DNA of 64,000 nt from an uncultured Anaerolineaceae bacterium. GTDB lineage: Bacteria > Chloroflexota > Anaerolineae > Anaerolineales > UBA4823. The notes below the pieces were generated by a model. That model saw nothing but the letters and a program-made list of their open reading frames with translations. It was not told the origin of the DNA and did no database searches. Positions 17,541 through 25,612 of the stretch are shown in pieces. The translations under genes were made by a program, and so were the position numbers. Position 1 is the first letter of the stretch. Each line of letters starts with the position of its first letter. The stretch is taken from NCBI GenBank assembly GCA_964629965.1, contig CAZVRZ010000001.1:22008-86007 (forward strand), in the 5' to 3' direction.

Positions 17541-18706
17541 TTGTTATGAATGATCACCTCTCTACTCAAACCAAAGCCGATATCCTGGTCGTTGATGACA
17601 AACCGGAAAATCTTCATCTGCTTAACCATATGTTAAGCAGTCGTTATAAAGTGCGCCTGGTTTTAGGAGGTAGAGAAGCTATTGGTGCAGTGCGATCGAT
17701 GTTGCCCGATTTGATTTTGCTTGACATCATGATGCCTGAGATGAGTGGTTTCGAAGTTGCCCGGCGGTTGAAGGCTGATCCCGACGCTCGCGATATTCCT
17801 ATCATCTTTATCAGCGCGCTGGATGATATGACCAGCAAGCTTGATGCTTTTGGTGCTGGTGGCGTGGATTATGTGACCAAGCCTTTTCAGGAAAGTGAAG
17901 TCTTGGCGCGCGTTCACACTCACCTGGCTTTGCGCAATCTACAGCGTGATCTGCAGCAGGTTAATAATTTATTGGCCCAGCAGATTGATGAATTACAAGC
18001 CCGCAACCAGGAATTGGATGCCTTTGCTCACTCCGTTGCGCATGATCTAAAAAACCCTCTGACGGGTATTTATCTGTCTAGCAGCATGTTATTGGATTAT
18101 TGTGCCAACATGCCTGAAGCGCTCGATCTATTACGTCAGAATATGAAGATTCTCGAAGCCATGAATCATACGATCGAAAGCCTGATGCTTTTATCAGGTT
18201 TACGAAAAAAAGATATCCGGTTTGAGATCGTAAATATGGGATCAGTAGTAGAAGAAGCCTTGGCTGGTATGTTCTACTTGATTGAAGATACACACGCCGA
18301 GATCATGCAACCAACAACGTGGCCTGAGGTTGTTGGCTATGCTCCTTGGGTTGTTGAAGTATGGGCCAACTATCTTAGTAACGCGATTAAATATGGCGGG
18401 CGACCTGATCATGGCGTGCCGCCGCATCTGGAGTTGGGGTTTGATCTCCCGGCAAATGATAATGCTCATCCCAACCAGGCGCGCTTTTGGGTGCGTGACA
18501 ATGGCCCTGGATTGATCTTGAAACAGCAGTCACAGATTTTCAAGCCCTTTGAAGGGTTGTCCACCTTGCATGTAAAAGGGCATGGCTTGGGGCTTTCGAT
18601 TGTGGAACGGATAGTTGATAAGCTTGGCGGTCAGGTAGGCGTGGAAAGTGCGCCGGGTGAGGGCAGCACCTTTTACTTTACCTTGCCATTGTCAGGTGAA
18701 AGGTAA
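17537..18706 (+). CDS. response-regulator receiver fused to histidine kinase (REC-HisKA-HATPase)
   Basis: 389 aa. 4-bp ATGA overlap with the upstream hybrid HK. Receiver ILVVDDKPENL..LILLDIMMPEMSG..YVTKP. H-box FAHSVAHDLKNPLTGI. ATPase motif GHGLGLSIVERIVDKLGG. Confidence 0.9.
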   Translation: MIVMNDHLSTQTKADILVVDDKPENLHLLNHMLSSRYKVRLVLGGREAIGAVRSMLPDLILLDIMMPEMSGFEVARRLKADPDARDIPIIFISALDDMTSKLDAFGAGGVDYVTKPFQESEVLARVHTHLALRNLQRDLQQVNNLLAQQIDELQARNQELDAFAHSVAHDLKNPLTGIYLSSSMLLDYCANMPEALDLLRQNMKILEAMNHTIESLMLLSGLRKKDIRFEIVNMGSVVEEALAGMFYLIEDTHAEIMQPTTWPEVVGYAPWVVEVWANYLSNAIKYGGRPDHGVPPHLELGFDLPANDNAHPNQARFWVRDNGPGLILKQQSQIFKPFEGLSTLHVKGHGLGLSIVERIVDKLGGQVGVESAPGEGSTFYFTLPLSGER

Positions 18707-18749
18707 AAGACGATCCCTTTCTACGCTGGATAAATGCTGCCAGAGATTA

Positions 18750-19343
18750 ATGCTTCGATGTAAGAGGTGCATTTTGATCGAAAAGAAACTGCGACCTTGG
18801 ATAACATTGTCTCGAAGTACCATTCTTGAGCACAGCCGTTACTTGACGGTGGAAAACCATACGGTGAAATTGCCGGATGGAAAGATCATCTCAGATTGGG
18901 CCTGGGTGACTATCCCCAGTGCCGCGATTGTGCTGGCAGTAAGCGAGGACGGCAAATTTTTGTGTTTCCGGCAAACCAAGTATGCGGTGGAAGGCACCTC
19001 ATTGGCTCCGGTTGGCGGGATGATCAATGCAGGTGAAACGCCCCTGCAGGCCGCCCAGCGCGAGTTGCTTGAGGAGTTGGGTTACCAGGCGTTGGAATGG
19101 ATCAACCTGGGATGTTATAAGGTAGATCCTAACCGCGGGGTGGCTGATATGCATTTATTCCTTGCTTTGAATGCCAGGCACGTAGCCGAGCCGGATAGCG
19201 ATGACCTGGAAGATCAACAATTAGTGCTTCTTGACCGGAATGAAATCCAGGCCGCTTTGCTGGGCGGCGAATTCAAAGTATTGGCCTGGACGACAGTCGT
19301 CTCCATGGCTTTGAATTATTTGCAAAAGCAGGATAAAAGCTAA
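18750..19343 (+). CDS. NUDIX hydrolase (ADP-ribose pyrophosphatase-like)
   Basis: Nudix box GGMINAGETPLQAAQRELLEELG. The track start at 18648 overlaps the preceding gene. I prefer ATG 18750 or TTG 18774 (AGAGGTG upstream). Confidence 0.8.
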   Translation: MLRCKRCILIEKKLRPWITLSRSTILEHSRYLTVENHTVKLPDGKIISDWAWVTIPSAAIVLAVSEDGKFLCFRQTKYAVEGTSLAPVGGMINAGETPLQAAQRELLEELGYQALEWINLGCYKVDPNRGVADMHLFLALNARHVAEPDSDDLEDQQLVLLDRNEIQAALLGGEFKVLAWTTVVSMALNYLQKQDKS

Positions 19344-19570
19344 AACCCCCAGCTCTTTGAGCTCGCGCCAAACCCGGCAGCGCTCCACCGTCTCGCACGA
19401 ACCATGCCGCGGCCGCCCTCGAGGGGCAATTATTTGTTTTTGGCGGCGAAGATTCCCGGAGCCAAAAACTGAATGATGTTTGGCGGTATGATCCTGCCAC
19501 TGGCACCTGGAATCAGGTTACTCAAGAGACGATCCCGCCATGGGGTGGACGGTCAGGGCATTCGGCGATT

Positions 19571-20284
19571 ATGTTACAAGACAACCAAATTATGCTTTTT
19601 GGAGGCAGCTCGACATTTGCTATAAATCTCGGAGTGGATTCAACTTGGAGATTTGACCCTGCCACTAGTTATTGGTCAACCTATGGTGTGACGAACCCGG
19701 CAGGCCGTCGACTGGGAATGACTTGGGGAAGGATTGGGGAGTCTGGTTACATGGTGGGTGGTGTGATCACTACTTCTACCCGTGGTGTACAGGCCAGCCA
19801 AGATGTAACCTCCACGGCATATTTGTTCTTGCAGCGTACCGATTTGTTCAAAGGCGTCAACTTTTTCGATGTGCAGGTGCTGGGCACGGACAGGCCTTCA
19901 CCGCGGACTGACCCGGCAGTGGCTTTTGACGATGTGTCTAAATCCATCTTCGTGTTTGGTGGAGAAGATTTGCTCACCGGTCAGGTTCTTTCCGATACCT
20001 GGCGATTTGATGTGGCTGCATCTACATGGCACCGGCTAGATTTTGATCTGCCTCAGGCGGCTGCCGGCGGCAAGGCGGAGGTTTATTATTCATCCGCGAT
20101 CACCCCCACGATCAATTCGGCCAACGCCTTTGACAACGGCCTAAAGATCATCATGATCGGTGGCCTGGACGCGCAAGGAAAACCACTTTCTGAGGATGGC
20201 TATATCTTCGATGGTAGTATTTACGAACCGGTGGAAGTGCCGCCGATCAGGTATGATCTGTTTATACCGCTCTTGAAGCGTTGA
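19571..20284 (+). CDS. Kelch-repeat beta-propeller protein; homology continues upstream to 19361 without a start codon (probable 5'-truncated remnant)
   Basis: Repeated blades with the FGG..x..D.WRFDP..xxW pattern (LFGGSS..STWRFDPATSYW; FVFGGED..DTWRFDVAASTW). An in-frame upstream blade is translated by me; see the finding at 19344..19570. Confidence 0.6.
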   Translation: MLQDNQIMLFGGSSTFAINLGVDSTWRFDPATSYWSTYGVTNPAGRRLGMTWGRIGESGYMVGGVITTSTRGVQASQDVTSTAYLFLQRTDLFKGVNFFDVQVLGTDRPSPRTDPAVAFDDVSKSIFVFGGEDLLTGQVLSDTWRFDVAASTWHRLDFDLPQAAAGGKAEVYYSSAITPTINSANAFDNGLKIIMIGGLDAQGKPLSEDGYIFDGSIYEPVEVPPIRYDLFIPLLKR

Positions 20285-20285
20285 T

Positions 20286-20320
20286 ACAGCCGTTCTTGGT
20301 TATGGGTTGGGGCTGTTTTT
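20286..20320 (+). terminator. candidate rho-independent terminator after the Kelch ORF
   Basis: ACAGCC (20286..20291) pairs with GGCTGT (20311..20316), followed by TTTTT. The 19-nt loop is large, so this is weak. Confidence 0.3.
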
Positions 20321-20356
20321 CCTCCCATCCCCCCAAAATAATAAGAACCTGGTTGG

Positions 20357-20884
20357 CTAGATTTGGATGTAACAAATCGCAGCCGCGATATTCTTCTCCA
20401 GCGGGTTTACGGTATCCAGCACCAGGCGTTCTTCTTGCCAGGGTACATAGTACGACTGAACGCGCATAACATCATCCCAGGATAATTCGTGCCAGCCAGG
20501 GATGCCGCGAGTGCGTGTTTCCAGTCTTTGGCGATGTAGTTTTTCATCTGTGCAGACACATTCGATCACTCGCCAGGCAGCCTGGTAACGGTTCGCCAGC
20601 TCACGCCACTCGGCGCGGATCGTCAGTGTGCTTGCAACACTGTCCAGTATGACAGATTGGCCCAGCATAAGTTGTTGCTGTGCCAGTGTCGTTAAGAGTT
20701 GATATGCCACAGAGCCGGTTCCTGGCTGGTTGTTCTCTCCGGTGCGCACATCGTTGCGTACCAGCGTCGCTTCTATCCAGTCTTTGGCAAAGATAGGAAT
20801 TCCCAGCATGCGGCCCACTGCCTCTGCGACAGAGCTTTTGCCTGTTCCTGGCAGGCCGGTAAAAACGATCAAAGTTGCTGTCAT
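20357..20884 (-). CDS. P-loop kinase/ATPase (AAA_33-like)
   Basis: Walker A GLPGTGKSS close to the N-terminus if ATG 20884 is used (MTATLIVFTGLPGTGKSS). The track start at 20950 would leave only 5 bp to the divergent gene. Confidence 0.7.
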   Translation of the reverse strand: MTATLIVFTGLPGTGKSSVAEAVGRMLGIPIFAKDWIEATLVRNDVRTGENNQPGTGSVAYQLLTTLAQQQLMLGQSVILDSVASTLTIRAEWRELANRYQAAWRVIECVCTDEKLHRQRLETRTRGIPGWHELSWDDVMRVQSYYVPWQEERLVLDTVNPLEKNIAAAICYIQI

Positions 20885-20917
20885 AGGTAACTTTCGATAA
20901 TCGTTGAGGACCTGGTA

Positions 20918-20947
20918 TTGAGTATAACACGCCCCTGGTAGTACAAT
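20918..20947 (+). promoter_or_regulatory. candidate promoter, possibly leaderless (TTGAGT-18-TACAAT, 8 nt before ATG 20956)
   Basis: Hexamers at 20918..20923 and 20942..20947. There is no SD before the eamA-type gene. Confidence 0.3.
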
Positions 20948-20955
20948 CACCTTCG

Positions 20956-21807
20956 ATGAACCGTTTGCTTGGGATAGGGTTAGTGGTGATCTCGGCTGCT
21001 TCTTTCGGTACCTTGGCGATCATCGGGCGATATGCTTACGCCAATGGCCTGGATGTCGCCACCATTCTCTTTTTGCGTTTCGGTTTCTCGGCATTGTTGA
21101 TGCTGATTTGGTTGGCCTGGCGAAAAGTACCCTTGCCGCGCGGCCGGACGCTGCTACAACTGATGGGCATGGGTGGATTGGGTTATGTTGGGCAATCCTT
21201 CTGCTATATGACTGCCATCCAATATGCTTCGGTTGGATTGGTGGCATTGCTGCTTTACCTTTACCCGACATTTGTTGCTCTCCTCACGATCATTTTTCTT
21301 AAAGCCCGGCTTACTCCGGCGCGCATGTTGGCATTGTTGCTGGCAACATGCGGTGCAGCGTTGACGGTCAACCCTCAAGGAGGATTGCCAATGGGCATAT
21401 TCTTAGCCATCGCTGCGGCGGCAATTTATGCTATTTATATCATCGTGGGTGCAAGCGTTATGAAAAAAGTGAATGCATTACAATCTTCCGCAGTGATTTT
21501 CGCTTCGGCCGGGTTTGTTTATGGCGCCGTGAGTTTTGTCAAGGGTCCTCAATGGCCGGTAAACAGTACCGGCTGGCTGGCAGTCGCCGCAATCGTGCTG
21601 TTAGCCACGGTTATTCCGGTGGTTACTTTCCTGGCAGGATTAAAGATCATTGGTCCCACCGATGCTTCACTTCTTTCTGCTCTTGAGCCGGTGGTCACGA
21701 TCGTTTTGGCGGCTCTACTCTTTGACGAGTTGATTCGATCACTTATGCTATTGGGCGGTGGGTTGATCATGGCTGCTGTGTTGCTGCTAACTTTGAAACC
21801 TGAGTAG
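20956..21807 (+). CDS. EamA/DMT family transporter
   Basis: 283 aa, about 10 TM helices arranged as two EamA-like halves. Confidence 0.85.
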   Translation: MNRLLGIGLVVISAASFGTLAIIGRYAYANGLDVATILFLRFGFSALLMLIWLAWRKVPLPRGRTLLQLMGMGGLGYVGQSFCYMTAIQYASVGLVALLLYLYPTFVALLTIIFLKARLTPARMLALLLATCGAALTVNPQGGLPMGIFLAIAAAAIYAIYIIVGASVMKKVNALQSSAVIFASAGFVYGAVSFVKGPQWPVNSTGWLAVAAIVLLATVIPVVTFLAGLKIIGPTDASLLSALEPVVTIVLAALLFDELIRSLMLLGGGLIMAAVLLLTLKPE

Positions 21808-21949
21808 TGGGAAGATGCTTGTAAAGTTCATATATCCTCATCGAGTATAATCATGTTTGTTCAACCCGCTTTCGTTCGGATGACCAATAATTCCAGCTTG
21901 TATGAACCCGAACGGGCGTTAAATTTTTTCATAAATCAGGAAGGGACGT

Positions 21950-23065
21950 ATGCCAATTATTGAAACCGAATTTATGGAACTGACGAAAAACCTGGATGTT
22001 GAGGCTTTTTGGACTGAAAATGAGAAATGCATGGATTACACCATCCAGAAACGGCGTGCGGCATTATCTTTCTCCCCCGACGATCATTGGTTATTTGAAT
22101 TCTTGGATGCGCCCTCGACCGTGCGCTACTATAATGACAAGGTCTATCGTGATAGTCTTCACCGAGAAGCAAACTGTTTACTAGTCAAATATGTCGGCAA
22201 AGCTTACTTTGATGAAGACAGCTGGCAATATCACCCTAACCGCATTGAGTATCTGTTTGGCTGCACGTTCAGTTATCTGGAAGGCTCTACGCCGTGGTTG
22301 ACACCCGCGACGAACGATCCCAGCGAATTTGCCAGGATATTGGATCAGGCCGAAAAAACGGATATGCATTCCTGGGCTTTTCCAGAGGAATTTCTGGCTG
22401 AATGGGAACAACGTTTGCAACAAGGCCGGCCTTTGCGCACTTTGGGCGATGGCAGCCGCGGACCGGCAACGATCATGACCAGTGCCTTGCATCCCGAAAC
22501 CGTCATCATGTGGATGTATGATTATCCAGATCTTATGAGGCGATTCCGGGATATCCTGGCTGCAAAAATGGTTGAATTGAATCTTGTGCTGCGAGAGTTC
22601 AGTGGAAATTCAAAGCAGAGCTGGTGGATCACAGATGACAACTGCGCCTTGTTCAATCCTCGCCTGTATCGTGAATATTGTTATCCTGTTCTCGAAAAGG
22701 TGTTGAATGCACTCGCGCCTGACAAAACCGCTCGTTATCAGCATTCAGATAGTGCAATGGCGCATCTGATCCCCTTGCAATACGAGTTGGGTATTCGGGC
22801 AGTAAATTATGGACCGCAAATTGATGTCGCCCTGATTCGGGAGCGTATGCCGGATGCCATGATTCATGGTCATACGCCGCCCTTCTTGTTGCGTAATGGC
22901 AGCCCGGAGGAGATCCGGGAGCGTGTGTTAGGTGATTTTTCAAAGGCAGGTAAGGATGGCGGTATCACGGTGACCACTGCCGGATCATTAGCAGCCGGTA
23001 CCGGCGTAGGACGAATGCGCTGGCAAATGCAGTTAGTACAGGATCATTGCCGTTATGACAAGTAA
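21950..23065 (+). CDS. uroporphyrinogen-decarboxylase (URO-D/MtaA) fold family protein, function unknown
   Basis: 371 aa. By-eye resemblance to the URO-D family core: GPATIMTSAL, WWITDDNCALFNPRLYREYCYPVLEKV, YQHSDSAMAHL and a C-terminal NGSPEEIRERVL..GGITVTTAGS. 11-bp overlap with the GH67 gene. Confidence 0.5.
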   Translation: MPIIETEFMELTKNLDVEAFWTENEKCMDYTIQKRRAALSFSPDDHWLFEFLDAPSTVRYYNDKVYRDSLHREANCLLVKYVGKAYFDEDSWQYHPNRIEYLFGCTFSYLEGSTPWLTPATNDPSEFARILDQAEKTDMHSWAFPEEFLAEWEQRLQQGRPLRTLGDGSRGPATIMTSALHPETVIMWMYDYPDLMRRFRDILAAKMVELNLVLREFSGNSKQSWWITDDNCALFNPRLYREYCYPVLEKVLNALAPDKTARYQHSDSAMAHLIPLQYELGIRAVNYGPQIDVALIRERMPDAMIHGHTPPFLLRNGSPEEIRERVLGDFSKAGKDGGITVTTAGSLAAGTGVGRMRWQMQLVQDHCRYDK

Positions 23066-25112
23066 AAATGAAGATGGATATGAATTATGGCTGAGGTACC
23101 GCCTGATAGAGCATACTGAGCGTTTGGCTCAGTATTGCCATGCTATATCCAATGTAATGTTGGTCGGGAATAGTGCCACCTCTGCAATCATTCGCAGCGA
23201 ACTGGCGCGTGCTTTGCCGGCCTTGTTGGGCTGTGCTGTGGAGATTCAGTCTATTAATCCTCCTGTAAGTGACTTGTCAGGCAGAGTATTGATCGGCACG
23301 CTTGGTGAGCTTAATGCCCTTGGCTATCCTTTAGATAATTCAATCTGGTCTGCTTTAGGTGAAGAAGGTTTCCTTCTTCGATGTGATCGTCACGTTTCAG
23401 ATAGCTCTACCGGTCAAATAATACTCATCACCGGAAAAACGGATCCAGCCGTATTGCGGGGCGTGTTTCATTTTCTCCGTTTGCTTCAAACGGCTCAGGA
23501 TATTCAAGCTTTGGATATCCTGAGTGCGCCGCGCATTCGTTGTCGTTTACTCAGCCACTGGGATAATTTGGATAGCTCGATCGAGCGCGGATATGCGGGT
23601 TCTTCATTGTGGCAATGGGATGATTTGCCGCACAAGATTAGTCCTGCCTGTTTGAGCCGTTACCACGATTATGCCCGCGCATGTGCCTCGATCGGTATTA
23701 ATGGTGCTTGCTTGAATAATGTCAATGCACACGAACGATACCTGACCAGCGACTATCTGGTGAAAATTGCCGCTCTAGCGGATATTTTTCGACCTTATGG
23801 CATTCGTGTGTACCTGGCGCCTGTTCTTACGGCCCCTACATTACTGAAAGAATTGGGTACAAGCGATCCTCGTGATCCAGGTGTAGCTGATTGGTGGCAG
23901 AAAAAAGTTGATGAAATCTACAGCTTGATCCCTGATTTTGGTGGTTTCCAGATTAAAGCCAGTTCAGAAGGTCAGCCCGGTCCTCAGGATTATGGAGCCG
24001 ACCACAGCGATGGTGCCAACATGTTGGCAAAAGCTTTAAGTACCCATGGCGGCATTTTACTGTGGCGTGCTTTTGTTTATGACACGAGCATCGACGCAGA
24101 TCGGGCGAAGTGTGCTTATAAAGAATTCTTGCCGCTTGATAAAAAGTTTTTACCGAATGTTTTTGTGCAGGTCAAGAATGGCCCCATTGATTTCCAGCCC
24201 AGGGAACCCTTTCATCCATTGTTGGGTGCCATGAGGCAAACTCCATTAGCGTTGGAGTTGCAAATCACTCAGGAGTACTTGGGCCAATCGAGCCATCTGG
24301 TTTACCTGGCGAGTATGTGGCAGGAGATTCTGGAGGCAGATACCTATTGTGATGGGCCTGGTTCAACGGTTGCAAAAGTTATCGATGGGTCATTATTTGG
24401 ACACTCGAATTCGGTTCTGATCGGTGTTGCCAATACGGGTTTCGACCGAAATTGGTGTGGTCATCATTTTGCCCAAGCCAATTGGTATGCTTTTGGACGG
24501 TTAGCTTGGGATCATGGTTTGAGCGCTGAAACGATTGCAGATGAGTGGTGCCGGATGACCTGGTCTAACGATCAAACTGTCCTCCCTGCCCTAAAAACCA
24601 TGATGCTTGGCTCGTGGGAGGCCAGTATTGACTATATGACCCCTTTAGGATTGCATCATCTGGTGAATGAAGGCCATCATTACGGACCCGATCCTGCTTT
24701 TAATGGCGCGAAAAGAATGGATTGGAATAATGTATATTTTCACCGGGCAGATGCTTACGGCTTGGGCTTTGATCGCACCAGTCGCGGCAGCAATGCTGTA
24801 AGCCAATATTACTCTCCTTTACGGGAGCAGTTTGATGCTCTTGAGACTTGCCCGGAGAAATATTTGTTGTGGTTTCATCATGTACCCTGGAATCACCAAC
24901 TGTCATCTGGTAAAACCCTTTGGAACGAATTGCAATACCGCTATCAGGCAGGCGTGAGCTTCGTTGAAAATATGCTGGCTATTTGGAAGGGCTTGGAATA
25001 CCTGATTGATCCGGAACGCCACCAGCATGTCAGTCACCGTTTGGAGAGCCAGCGAGAGAATGCTCATCTGTGGCGAGATGTATGTCTTCGTTACTTTGGA
25101 GGTTACGTATAG
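23055..25112 (+). CDS. aguA: alpha-glucuronidase, glycoside hydrolase family 67
   Basis: 685 aa. N-terminal EDGYELWLRYRLI, LRGVFHFLRLLQ and GGFQIKASSEGQPGPQDYGADHSDGANMLAKAL are typical GH67 blocks. Confidence 0.85.
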   Translation: MTSKNEDGYELWLRYRLIEHTERLAQYCHAISNVMLVGNSATSAIIRSELARALPALLGCAVEIQSINPPVSDLSGRVLIGTLGELNALGYPLDNSIWSALGEEGFLLRCDRHVSDSSTGQIILITGKTDPAVLRGVFHFLRLLQTAQDIQALDILSAPRIRCRLLSHWDNLDSSIERGYAGSSLWQWDDLPHKISPACLSRYHDYARACASIGINGACLNNVNAHERYLTSDYLVKIAALADIFRPYGIRVYLAPVLTAPTLLKELGTSDPRDPGVADWWQKKVDEIYSLIPDFGGFQIKASSEGQPGPQDYGADHSDGANMLAKALSTHGGILLWRAFVYDTSIDADRAKCAYKEFLPLDKKFLPNVFVQVKNGPIDFQPREPFHPLLGAMRQTPLALELQITQEYLGQSSHLVYLASMWQEILEADTYCDGPGSTVAKVIDGSLFGHSNSVLIGVANTGFDRNWCGHHFAQANWYAFGRLAWDHGLSAETIADEWCRMTWSNDQTVLPALKTMMLGSWEASIDYMTPLGLHHLVNEGHHYGPDPAFNGAKRMDWNNVYFHRADAYGLGFDRTSRGSNAVSQYYSPLREQFDALETCPEKYLLWFHHVPWNHQLSSGKTLWNELQYRYQAGVSFVENMLAIWKGLEYLIDPERHQHVSHRLESQRENAHLWRDVCLRYFGGYV

Positions 25113-25136
25113 CCACGGAGTCGTGGCGCGGCTGTT

Positions 25137-25598
25137 ATGAAGATTCGATCTGATGTAAACCAGGCGTTTTTAACGATTGGTTACCTGGCCTCCAGTATGG
25201 CTGAAGGCTCGGGGCGTTCGTTATGGCTGGGTATCAAAGAGCGGGCGCAATCCCTGGGAATCCGCCTGGTCACGTTTGCCGGGACTGAGTTGCACGATCC
25301 GGAGCCATATTTTCACCATGCCAACCAGGTTTATGATTTAGTGGATTTTAACCAGTTGGATGGATTGATCGTTTGGTCATCCTCATTGGGGGGGTTTATC
25401 GGTGTGCAGAAAACATTGGATTTCTGCCGGCATTATTTCCCGTTACCCATGGTGGGAATTGGAGTACCCTTACCTGGCGTGCCGTCTATTCTGTTGGATA
25501 GTTATCAAGGCATGCGTGATATTATTTTGCACCTGGTGCAGGTACATGGCAAGAGAAGGATTGCATTTTTACGAGGCCCCGAAACCCACCGGGTTTAG
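25137..25598 (+). CDS. N-terminal lobe of a LacI/RbsB-type sugar-binding fold (fragment of the split regulator that continues at 25613)
   Basis: 153 aa with no HTH and no signal peptide. TIGYLASSMAEGSGRSLWLGIKERAQSLGIRLVTFAG ... GKRRIAFLRGPETHRV, then stop TAG 25596..25598 in the middle of the fold. Confidence 0.6.
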   Translation: MKIRSDVNQAFLTIGYLASSMAEGSGRSLWLGIKERAQSLGIRLVTFAGTELHDPEPYFHHANQVYDLVDFNQLDGLIVWSSSLGGFIGVQKTLDFCRHYFPLPMVGIGVPLPGVPSILLDSYQGMRDIILHLVQVHGKRRIAFLRGPETHRV

Positions 25599-25612
25599 AT
25601 AATGATCCCGCT

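Noticed and set aside
21808-21949. Second copy of the TTGTC-N7-GACAA repeat upstream of the URO-D/GH67 operon
   Set aside because: Only a loose resemblance (TTTGTTCAACCCG) with no GACAA half-site, so it is not convincing.
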